Shown in pieces: positions 1 through 7,135 of a DNA stretch of 15,496 nt. The notes under the pieces were generated by a model that was given only the letters and a program-made list of their open reading frames with translations, was not told the DNA's origin and searched no databases. This DNA comes from Candidatus Micrarchaeaceae archaeon (lineage in GTDB: Archaea > Micrarchaeota > Micrarchaeia > Micrarchaeales > Micrarchaeaceae). The translations under genes were made by a program, and so were the position numbers. The stretch covers positions 1 through 15,496 of the forward strand of contig JBEKES010000021.1 in NCBI GenBank assembly GCA_050013715.1, read 5' to 3'. Within the stretch, counting starts at the first letter, position 1, and every line of letters starts with the position of its first letter.

Positions 1-240
1 GGAACTTCGGTTTCGTTCAATTCTTTCCCAGCTAATATGATATATTCTACAAATGCAATAACATCTGGACAAACATTAGGTATATGGCTACCAGTAAATG
101 GTATATCAGGAATACCAGTACCGGTAGGAACAACAGCAACAGGAACCATATGGGCAGTGTATGTGATATCAGGAAGTTTGCCAGGGACTCAAATACAGCA
201 ATATACAAAAATAGCAACAATAAACATAAAAGCTTCGTAG
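1..240 (+). CDS. 3' end of a gene truncated by the window edge; probable surface / pilin-like beta-rich protein
   Basis: Frame 1 is open from base 1 (GTSVSFNSFPAN precedes the ATG at 37) to TAG 238-240. It is Thr/Gly/Ser/Ile-rich and charge-poor, ending GTIWAVY...YTKIATINIKAS, which resembles from memory the C-termini of DPANN class III signal peptide proteins. The diagnostic N-terminus is outside the window. Confidence 0.55.
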   Translation, partial: GTSVSFNSFPANMIYSTNAITSGQTLGIWLPVNGISGIPVPVGTTATGTIWAVYVISGSLPGTQIQQYTKIATINIKAS

Positions 241-555
241 CTATTGCTTCTGCTTTGCCAGCGCTTTCATGGTGCCTGATGCATTTATAGTGTAGAATGC
301 CGTGTCCTTCTTGTTTAATTGTTTTATGAATGTAAGTGCGTTAAGCGTTTCTTTATACATGACAAGATTGCATTTGAGTACGAAGCCTTTTCTATCTACA
401 TATTTTATTATTTTGGGATTTGCCTTGAAATAATTTATCTCTCCTATGCTGTGAAGAAGCGCGCTATAGAAATAGAATTCGAAGTCCTTCCTTGAATTTT
501 CATCTATTTCATTTGCAGATTCGACCAGGATGTATCTTCTTTTTTCCCTCATCAT
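241..555 (-). CDS. rnp2: Ribonuclease P protein component 2 (Pop5/Rpp14 family)
   Basis: N-terminal REKRRYILV and C-terminal TINASGTMKAL match the Pop5 signatures (REKxRY; SGTIK). ATGA overlap (552-555) with the upstream Rpp30-like gene. Confidence 0.9.
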   Translation of the reverse strand: MMREKRRYILVESANEIDENSRKDFEFYFYSALLHSIGEINYFKANPKIIKYVDRKGFVLKCNLVMYKETLNALTFIKQLNKKDTAFYTINASGTMKALAKQKQ

Positions 556-1073
556 TTTATCATCAAAGATTTGTTCACTTCGCTTATGCTTCTTCTTGCG
601 TATTCCTCATTCGCCCCAATGAGCTTTGCCAATTCCAGCATTTGCATGTAGGAGCAAAGCTCATGTTCTCTTCTTGCGAAGCTAGCAAAGGAAATGTCAA
701 GCTTCATGGATCTTGCATAGTCAAATAATTTGCTTGTCATGTAGAGTATTTTCGATCTCTGCAAATCAGCGGAATTTGAAATGTTGCTCGTCTGTATGCA
801 AAGTATTATCTCCTTGTCGCGCATCTGCTCTATTGCCTTTTTGTTTATGCGCAGATCAGAAAAGACAATCGCCTTGGGATTAGCGCTCAGCATCTGGAAA
901 AAATCTGTTCCAATTCCGTTTATGAATATGCTGTCTTCTATTTCCTCTCTTCTGCTTTTTGCATTTGTTATTTTCACGTCCTTGTTTGCTATAAGTATTT
1001 GCCTGTAGCCTAATCTATTCTCAATGCTTTTGTTTATGTTGCAGGAATCGTATGCAACATCGTAATAATCCAG
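552..1073 (-). CDS. rnp3: Ribonuclease P protein component 3 (Rpp30), shortened (173 aa), probable CTG start
   Basis: C-terminal ISFASFARREHELCSYMQMLELAKLIG resembles the Rpp30 motif, and the gene is adjacent to Pop5. The frame stays open upstream of the track's GTG(977) to CTG(1073), giving (M)DYYDVAY...RLGY, the Rpp30-type N-terminus. GGTG SD-like motif lies just upstream. Confidence 0.75.
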   Translation of the reverse strand: MDYYDVAYDSCNINKSIENRLGYRQILIANKDVKITNAKSRREEIEDSIFINGIGTDFFQMLSANPKAIVFSDLRINKKAIEQMRDKEIILCIQTSNISNSADLQRSKILYMTSKLFDYARSMKLDISFASFARREHELCSYMQMLELAKLIGANEEYARRSISEVNKSLMIK

Positions 1074-1085
1074 GATAACACCAAA

Positions 1086-2297
1086 TTAAGCTTGACCTTC
1101 TTTTGATTCGTATTCGAATAGTTCCTTCTCAAGAACTTCCTTTGTCTTGTTTGGAGGATACATTAATTTTATGAGCTTTGTATGGCCGCGTATTCCCTTT
1201 CCTGATTCGAAAGAAGCAACAAGTCCCTGCATTTCCAATTCGGAAAGATACTTTCTGTACCATCTCTCGCTTTTGGGTTCCTTGTGAAGCCCTTCGGTAA
1301 TGCTCTTGTATCTGCTGTATACCTCGCCGCTAAACAGGTAAGTGTCAACACCATCGGTGAGCTTTTTGTAGGATCCTCCACTCTGCGTGAGTATTGCAAT
1401 GGAGTAAAGCACAAGCTTGTGATGTTCAGGAAGTGTTCCTATCAATTCATACACAATGTCATTATCAGCTAGTTTTGAGGCGTCTTCCGCTTCCTTCATG
1501 GTTATCTTTAATGCCTCTTTCTCCTCTGCAATTTCACCAGCCTTTGAAAGTATCTTCAGAGAAAGTCTTGCATCTCCTCCCTCCTTTGCCGATGTAGCTG
1601 CAATGAAATGAAGCACCTCATCGCCAATTACATTGCTCTTGAAGCCAGCAAGTGACCTGTCTTTTATTATGCCGAATAATTCTGTTGCGTAATATGGAGG
1701 AAATACGAGCTCGGTTTCATATAATGTTGAAAGGCTTCTCGGGTCTAGAGATTCCTTGAATGACACTCTGTTAGAGATTCCTATTATCGTGACTCCTCCA
1801 GCTTTTATGTCGCTGTTTATTCTTGTAAGCGTGTATATCAGATCGTCAAGGTCTTTTACAACGTCAACTTCATCGAGTATAACTACAAGTATCTTGTTGT
1901 CCTCTTCAATCCAGCTGGTCATCTTTTCATATAAGTCAACTGTTCCATAGCCTCTTTTTGCATATGTAGGAAGATGATCGCTTACCACTTTGTTAAGCAC
2001 TCTGTATCTTGAATTGTAGATCTTGCAGTTGATGTAGCTTATCTTGGCCTTTGTGTTTGGTATTTCCTTTACTTCCTCAAGAACGTATTTCGTGCAAGAG
2101 GTCTTGCCTGTACCTGTTTTACCATAGATGAAGAGGTTTCTTCCTCGTTCGCCCTTGAGCGAAGGAGCCAATGCTTTTTCTATGCTGTTTATCTCCTTGC
2201 TTCTAGAAATTAGCTTCTTCGGTATATAATGGGGTGATAACACTTCCCTATCTGCAAAAATCTTTGAATCCGAAAGCATTTCATTTAATGATCGCAC
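1086..2297 (-). CDS. cdc6: Orc1/Cdc6 replication initiation protein
   Basis: IFADREVLSPHYIP N-terminal motif, Walker A GKTGTGKT, Walker B VVILDEVD, sensor I ISN, GDAR motif, winged-helix GKGIRGHT. Start placed at GTG 2297 (403 aa), preceded by GGGGGT SD-like sequence, rather than the track's 2378. Confidence 0.95.
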   Translation of the reverse strand: MRSLNEMLSDSKIFADREVLSPHYIPKKLISRSKEINSIEKALAPSLKGERGRNLFIYGKTGTGKTSCTKYVLEEVKEIPNTKAKISYINCKIYNSRYRVLNKVVSDHLPTYAKRGYGTVDLYEKMTSWIEEDNKILVVILDEVDVVKDLDDLIYTLTRINSDIKAGGVTIIGISNRVSFKESLDPRSLSTLYETELVFPPYYATELFGIIKDRSLAGFKSNVIGDEVLHFIAATSAKEGGDARLSLKILSKAGEIAEEKEALKITMKEAEDASKLADNDIVYELIGTLPEHHKLVLYSIAILTQSGGSYKKLTDGVDTYLFSGEVYSRYKSITEGLHKEPKSERWYRKYLSELEMQGLVASFESGKGIRGHTKLIKLMYPPNKTKEVLEKELFEYESKEGQA

Positions 2298-2412
2298 GAT
2301 AAGTACCCCCGACTGACGCCTTAATACTATATTTGATATCGTTAGATTTAAATCCTTTCTTTTTTCCCTTTTATGCAATGTATATTAAAATAGCGGTGCA
2401 ATTATAGGAATT

Positions 2413-2667
2413 ATGGATATTGTTCCTATACTTGGATTGCTGGCGAGCATCATAGTTACTATCGCTTATATACCACAAGTGATGCACACTGTAAAGACAA
2501 AGCACACAAGAGGAATATCTAAGCATTGGCTAATTATCCTGGATTCAGGGCTTATTCTGTATACGGTATACGGAATCCTGGTATCTTCAATTCCAATAAT
2601 AATATCAAGCGGATTCGGAGCTATAATGATATCAATATTATTGGCTTATAAAATAAAATATAAATAA
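2413..2667 (+). CDS. SemiSWEET / PQ-loop family transporter
   Basis: 84 aa, three hydrophobic helices, AYIPQVMHTVKTKHTRGIS PQ-loop signature, YG motif in helix 2. Confidence 0.9.
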   Translation: MDIVPILGLLASIIVTIAYIPQVMHTVKTKHTRGISKHWLIILDSGLILYTVYGILVSSIPIIISSGFGAIMISILLAYKIKYK

Positions 2668-2699
2668 GTATAAATATTTCCAAATTCATAAATTAAATG
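2668..2699 (+). promoter_or_regulatory. TATA-containing promoter element, copy A of a recurrent ~32-bp motif
   Basis: GTATAAATATTTCCAAATTCATAAATTAAATG; 28/32 identical to 6000-6031; ends 8 nt before ATG 2708. Confidence 0.65.
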
Positions 2700-2707
2700 G
2701 TGTAAAG

Positions 2708-3133
2708 ATGGTCGATGCCACAATAAATAATAATTCTGTGAGTAGATCAAGAACTGTACAAGAATTAATCAACAATGTGGCAAAATTGGAGAAGATAGAA
2801 CACAAAAATAGAACATACAATTCTTCAAAGGTTATCGCCAGTATATTATTCTATTCAAAACATAACAGGAAAAACAGAGAATTTTCGTATGAAGTAAGAG
2901 AACATATGGGTGACACCAACAAATTTGAAGCAACTAAAATAGAAAATATAAAAGGCATCACTATTCCACCCAACTTAAATGAACAAGTATTAATAGAACT
3001 ACTTCAACTTGAAGAATCATATACTAAAAGAGTGGGTTCTAAATTTACTGACTCTGCAAAACAATTAGAATCTATAGATTATGTAACCGAAGCTTGCGGA
3101 ATACGTGATGCTTTACTCCAAATTTTTAAATAA
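2708..3133 (+). CDS. Hypothetical soluble protein (141 aa)
   Basis: Uninterrupted AT-rich ORF with TATA box and GGTG SD-like motif (2699-2702); no recognised domain. Confidence 0.75.
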   Translation: MVDATINNNSVSRSRTVQELINNVAKLEKIEHKNRTYNSSKVIASILFYSKHNRKNREFSYEVREHMGDTNKFEATKIENIKGITIPPNLNEQVLIELLQLEESYTKRVGSKFTDSAKQLESIDYVTEACGIRDALLQIFK

Positions 3134-3200
3134 GGCTATTAAACCTAAAAATAGCGGAAACTATATATACTTAAATTACCATAAATAATTAAGTGATTTC

Positions 3201-3353
3201 ATGATACCTATAATGCTTAAAAGTGCTTTTCCTTGTAAAAAGTTTCTAAGAATAGGGGAAGAAATTGTGGTAGGTGGAACTGTATTATATGTAGGAACAG
3301 AATACGTCAGGTCACACCCAATATTTGATCCAAAGAAAATAAGAAGAAACTAA
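3201..3353 (+). CDS. Small hypothetical protein (50 aa), not in the ORF track
   Basis: MIPIMLKSAFPCKKFLRIGEEIVVGGTVLYVGTEYVRSHPIFDPKKIRRN. TATATATA box at 3162-3169; the ORF fills the intergenic gap and its stop abuts the aIF-1A stop. Confidence 0.55.
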   Translation: MIPIMLKSAFPCKKFLRIGEEIVVGGTVLYVGTEYVRSHPIFDPKKIRRN

Positions 3354-3677
3354 TTATAATCCATTAAGCATGTTTCTGTCCCTTAGTTTTCCTATGTCCA
3401 TTACGCTGTAGCGCCATACTATGTCTCCTCTTTCATCGGTTTGGACTACCCATGGCCTTACTATTACTACATCTCCTTCCTTTATCCAGAACTTTCTTCT
3501 AAGTCTTCCTGGAATTGAGCATAATCTTTCCTTTTCATCAACGCATTTTACAAAGAACTTTGTGGCTCCTGCTATTTTCACTACCTTTCCTAGTATTTCG
3601 CCTTCGTTCTGTCGTGGAAGCTTCAATGCACTCTCGACTGGCGAGCCCCTTCTTACGTCATAACCTGGTTTTCTCAT
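3354..3677 (-). CDS. eif1a: Translation initiation factor aIF-1A
   Basis: LPRQNEGEILGKV...RLCSIPGRLRRKFWIKEGDVVIVRPWVVQTDERGDIVWRY is the archaeal IF-1A signature. Confidence 0.96.
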   Translation of the reverse strand: MRKPGYDVRRGSPVESALKLPRQNEGEILGKVVKIAGATKFFVKCVDEKERLCSIPGRLRRKFWIKEGDVVIVRPWVVQTDERGDIVWRYSVMDIGKLRDRNMLNGL

Positions 3678-3692
3678 TGCTATTCAATACAC

Positions 3693-4118
3693 CTAATAAT
3701 TCTTTACCCAATACCTTGCACCGCAAGCTTCGCATATCAAGTACATTCCCTTCTCTGCGTTTTCCAGATGGGTGTCTGGCTTTTTGCATTCCTTACATAT
3801 AACATACATCTCAAAGTATTTCTTAACCCTTCTATCTATCTCTTCAGGAGGGAATTTTCCGTTTATGATGAGCCTTTGTTCCTCAATGTTAACAGGAACA
3901 GAGAATTCCTTGCCCAAATATCTTGCTATCTCTGTCGGGCTTCTTCTTGCTACATCTGCAATGTTAAGTATGTTTCTTATTATTGTTTTCGTTCCTTCGT
4001 TGAGGACATTTGCATTTGGTATTACGAAGTCTCCCTTATCTGCAGATAGGTTTGGCAGCTTCGAAAATGCTCTATCTAATAATTTTTGATATTCTTCTTC
4101 ACTCAATATTTTCACCAT
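3693..4118 (-). CDS. eif2b: Translation initiation factor aIF-2 subunit beta
   Basis: YQKLLDRA N-terminal helix, GTKTIIRN, C4 zinc ribbon YVICKECKKPDT...CEACGA. Confidence 0.96.
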   Translation of the reverse strand: MVKILSEEEYQKLLDRAFSKLPNLSADKGDFVIPNANVLNEGTKTIIRNILNIADVARRSPTEIARYLGKEFSVPVNIEEQRLIINGKFPPEEIDRRVKKYFEMYVICKECKKPDTHLENAEKGMYLICEACGARYWVKNY

Positions 4119-4147
4119 ATAATATATGACGATTCTAATATATAAAC
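4119..4147 (-). promoter_or_regulatory. Promoter of the aIF-2beta/aIF-1A unit (likely leaderless mRNA)
   Basis: Minus strand GTTTATATA-TTAGAATCGT-CATATAT-TAT directly before ATG 4118; TATA-to-ATG distance fits leaderless initiation. Confidence 0.6.
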
Positions 4148-4173
4148 AATTAGGGTTAGAAAAATTCTCTTTT

Positions 4174-5139
4174 TCAGTGAGATTTTGAGTAACCCTGAGT
4201 TACGAATACGTCACTAGATACTCCAACTTCAACACCTCCAAAGAATATATTATTTTTGGACGAGACAAAGTATTTTGGTTTTGTTTCAAGATATGTTCTG
4301 TCAAAATCAAATCTAGTTGCAAAAGCTGGCTCATGCTTTGCATTATAAGATTGATATTCGTATGCGTATATACTTTTACTAAGTGTGATACTAGTTGCAT
4401 TAATTTTAGGATAAACTAATTTGACAATTTGTGGTGAGATCTCTCTTAAGTCAAAATGATCATTTACCCACATTTCTCGGAATATGCTTGTGGAATAACC
4501 ATTTTTATCAGTTGTTGTCGAACCCACAAACATGCTTCCCCTAGCTTTTAAATGTTCTTTTGCAAAAGCTCCAGTATTCAAATCAACAGCCTTGATATCC
4601 AGCATGCCATTATTTATTTCCATTTCTAAATTAAAGTGATCTCCAATATTAGTTTTTCCATTAAAATTAAATGACGCAGCACCACCATGGCTCGGTTCTA
4701 TGCTGTTATGTTTATTATCCCAAACTTCATAGGCTAAATAAGTCTTATTATCATAAGTTGTATCTACAGAGGCCTGATACCAATAACCCTGCTCTGTCAA
4801 GCCATTTAGTACTATTTTGTTAACATCAAATTTTCCAGTCTGTCCTACAGTCTGGAAATTTGCCTCAATTTTATTAGTGTTTTTATCTATATATTCGATA
4901 AGTATTAAATTTTCAGTTGCAGTAAATCCAAATTCTCCTGCAAAAAGTGATTTATAAACTGCCAATGAACCTATCACTAAACTTGCCGAGAATACGAATT
5001 TAGAAAAAATCCGAGTAACACGCAATGTCGCAGCCTCCCTTTTTTGAAGTTCTTCTGCACGATATTTTAAACTGGGTTTGTCTTCTATCTGCTCTTCAGC
5101 TCTTTGCCTGACTGTTTTTTTAGCTATCGCTTTTCCCAT
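4174..5139 (-). CDS. Membrane-anchored extracellular beta-rich protein, possibly thermopsin / glutamic-peptidase-like fold
   Basis: Charged ~45-aa N-terminus, one hydrophobic helix (FVFSASLVIGSLAVY), then a beta-type domain with LNGLTEQGYWYQ, YEVW and SIFREMW motifs. The fold assignment is from motif resemblance only. Confidence 0.6.
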   Translation of the reverse strand: MGKAIAKKTVRQRAEEQIEDKPSLKYRAEELQKREAATLRVTRIFSKFVFSASLVIGSLAVYKSLFAGEFGFTATENLILIEYIDKNTNKIEANFQTVGQTGKFDVNKIVLNGLTEQGYWYQASVDTTYDNKTYLAYEVWDNKHNSIEPSHGGAASFNFNGKTNIGDHFNLEMEINNGMLDIKAVDLNTGAFAKEHLKARGSMFVGSTTTDKNGYSTSIFREMWVNDHFDLREISPQIVKLVYPKINATSITLSKSIYAYEYQSYNAKHEPAFATRFDFDRTYLETKPKYFVSSKNNIFFGGVEVGVSSDVFVTQGYSKSH

Positions 5140-5247
5140 TGGCTCACAAGATTAACCTATACAAGTTCCTTTTCTTTAATCAGATATAAAATACTGCTAG
5201 TCTACGACTAACCTACATGATAAATAATAGGTGCAAAAGCTGAAGAA

Positions 5248-5628
5248 TCAGTCAAGATCCTTCATTATCCTGTCGTATTCCTTCTTGGAGATGTCTCCTT
5301 TTGCATACCTGTTCCTTGCTGTTATCCTTGAATTGTCGATCCACTCAAAGCCGTGCCTTGACCAGTGCAATCCTCTGCAGGAACAAAAGAAGCTGAAGAC
5401 CCAGCCTATGAATACGATAAGGAAGATTATTCCCATGAATGATAGTATGTAATCGCTGAAGTATATGCTTGATCTTGCAAACACTAATGATGCTATGAAT
5501 GAAGCGACTATCAGTATGAACATTGCACCCAAGACAATTCTCAATGTGTTGGAGCTGTGCCACTTGCAGCATCCGCAGGGGCAGCTGTCAGCGTTTTTAG
5601 AATCATGAAGGCTCTTTTTTCTAGGCAT
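5248..5628 (-). CDS. Two-TM membrane protein with C-terminal SHOCT domain and Cys/His clusters
   Basis: C-terminal ARNRYAKGDISKKEYDRIMKDL is a SHOCT motif; two hydrophobic helices; SCPCGCCKWH near the N-terminus. ATG 5628 is preceded by GAGGTTGA SD. Confidence 0.85.
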   Translation of the reverse strand: MPRKKSLHDSKNADSCPCGCCKWHSSNTLRIVLGAMFILIVASFIASLVFARSSIYFSDYILSFMGIIFLIVFIGWVFSFFCSCRGLHWSRHGFEWIDNSRITARNRYAKGDISKKEYDRIMKDLD

Positions 5629-5720
5629 TGGTATCAACCTCTATAATAGATAAAAGCAAACAAGCCTTTTAATTCTATCTATAGGCATAGCATTTTATTT
5701 GTTTAAATTGCAATACATTT

Positions 5721-5981
5721 GGCAGTAAGGCGGGAAGCTAAGGGTTTCCCTTTTCGCAAATCCCTTTATGGCGAGCCAATGTTAGCCGAGTGTTATCGGA
5801 ACAATGCAAGCCTGCATTTTAAGACTATGAAATCTTGCCTTAGGTGATAGTCTGGTATGTGAACCAGGCCAGGCCGGAAGGAGCAACCTTAAACATATTT
5901 TGGCTATGCTCTTAAGATACAGGATCGAGTTGCGGTGCAGCAAACTTGCATTGAGCTGATGATGCAAGGCTAACTTCTGCC
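5721..5981 (+). ncRNA. ffs: Archaeal signal recognition particle (SRP / 7S) RNA
   Basis: Helix-8 motif GAACCAGGCCAGGCCGGAAGGAGCAACC (5861-5888); terminal pairing GGCAG/CTGCC; Alu hairpins with complementary loops AAGGG/CCCTT; helix-5 pairings GTTAGCC/GGCTAAC, CAATGCAAG/CTTGCATTG and CCTGCATTTTAAGA/TCTTAAGATACAGG. Confidence 0.92.
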
Positions 5982-5999
5982 ACTGATATATTCAATAAT

Positions 6000-6031
6000 G
6001 TTTATATATTTCTAAATTCATAAATTAACTG
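6000..6031 (+). promoter_or_regulatory. TATA-containing promoter element, copy B
   Basis: GTTTATATATTTCTAAATTCATAAATTAACTG, ending 5 nt before ATG 6037; 28/32 identical to 2668-2699 and 25/32 to 6732-6763. Confidence 0.65.
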
Positions 6032-6036
6032 ATAAC

Positions 6037-6681
6037 ATGGCAACTGCAACAGTCCCGAAGAAAAGAGACTATTATAAGGTATTAGGAGTTAGTAGAACTG
6101 CAACTGATTTGGACCTCAAACATGCTTATCGCAAACTTGCACTGCAATATCATCCTGACCGCAATCCTAACAACCCGAAAGCCGAGGAATGCTTTAAAGA
6201 GGCATCAGAAGCATATGCAGTTCTGGCAGATTCCGAAAAGAGAGCACGATACAATAAATTTGGATTTGCTGGAGTTGGTGAAGTAAAAATACCAGAAACC
6301 ACATTTGCAGATATTTTTGAAATCGTAAAAAAGGCTCATGCACCTAAGAAAACTAACCAAAAAGTAAATGACCATGATTTTAATGCGCGCGTTCTTGAAA
6401 AACAAGGCAAATATGAAGAGGCAGAATCTGAATATATTAAGGCATTGAAAGTAACTGGCCGAGAGGAATATGGTGAGCGTACAAACATAGCAAGACACGT
6501 TTTTCAAATGTGGGAAGAAGCAATCCGTTCTGATTTAAGGAAAGAAAACAAGGAAGCCGCAAAAAAACACGCGGAGCATGCAATTAAAACATTACAAAGT
6601 TTCAAAAGTGCCAATTTCGGCTCACATACAGAAAATTTCCTTCCAAGTTTGATGCAATCTATTAGTTCTTTACTGGAATAA
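6037..6681 (+). CDS. J-domain protein (class C) with C-terminal TPR-like helices
   Basis: DYYKVLGV...[15 protein letters not shown]...[15 protein letters not shown] with intact HPD; no CxxCxGxG zinc finger; TPR-like [22 protein letters not shown]. Confidence 0.9.
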   Translation: MATATVPKKRDYYKVLGVSRTATDLDLKHAYRKLALQYHPDRNPNNPKAEECFKEASEAYAVLADSEKRARYNKFGFAGVGEVKIPETTFADIFEIVKKAHAPKKTNQKVNDHDFNARVLEKQGKYEEAESEYIKALKVTGREEYGERTNIARHVFQMWEEAIRSDLRKENKEAAKKHAEHAIKTLQSFKSANFGSHTENFLPSLMQSISSLLE

Positions 6682-6770
6682 ATTGCAGTTGAAAACCAGC
6701 ACCTTTTGATTCAGCAACATAAGGTGCAAATCTTTATATATTACCAGAATTATAAAATAACTGTGATGAT

Positions 6771-7028
6771 ATGAAAAGCAAAGCAGCTGCAATTATTGCG
6801 TTTTCCATAGCTCTATCTATTTCCTCATTAAGTTCTGATATCCAATTAAGAAAAGAAGCGCCAAACAATCAATATAAACCGCAGAGTTTAGTGGCAAACG
6901 GTTTTACTAAAACTAAATCTGCAAGTAAAGTGAGAAAACAATCACATCAATGCGATCAGAAAGGAGGATATCCTGTTGTTTTAAGGTCAAATAAAAATTA
7001 CCTAAGACTCTGCTCCATCCAAAAGTAA
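6771..7028 (+). CDS. Small putative exported protein (85 aa), possibly truncated by a frameshift
   Basis: Signal-peptide-like MKSKAAAIIAFSIALSISSLSS; upstream TATA element 6732-6763. Confidence 0.55.
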   Translation: MKSKAAAIIAFSIALSISSLSSDIQLRKEAPNNQYKPQSLVANGFTKTKSASKVRKQSHQCDQKGGYPVVLRSNKNYLRLCSIQK

Positions 7029-7135
7029 TGATACACTATTCCTAGTCCACAGCTGTAAATCAAGCTCTACAATAAAGAGTTATTTTAAATATATGATATA
7101 AGTTAAAAGACTTGTTAAACAATAATACACTCATT

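Noticed and set aside
2298..2378. 27-codon N-terminal extension of Cdc6 in the ORF track
   Set aside because: Overlaps the likely promoter (TTTAAA near 2347-2352); GTG 2297 has an SD-like motif and gives a typical length.
2298..2412. Replication origin (ORB repeats) next to cdc6
   Set aside because: No TTCCAxxGGA(A)-type boxes or repeated elements seen. The 115-bp spacer is explained by divergent promoters, and the other flank is coding.
2387..3157. Direct repeat AAAATAGCGG (2387-2396 and 3148-3157) as a target-site duplication
   Set aside because: Only 10 bp in AT-rich DNA, and no mobile-element genes between the copies.
5782..5967. 61-aa minus-strand ORF
   Set aside because: Lies antisense within the SRP RNA.
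5721..5981. RNase P RNA, suggested by nearby rnp2/rnp3
   Set aside because: Lacks the GAGGAAAGUCC and AAAACAGAA conserved regions; it has the SRP helix-8 and Alu architecture.
6037..6681. Calling this gene dnaJ
   Set aside because: No zinc finger or C-terminal substrate-binding domain, and no dnaK/grpE context.
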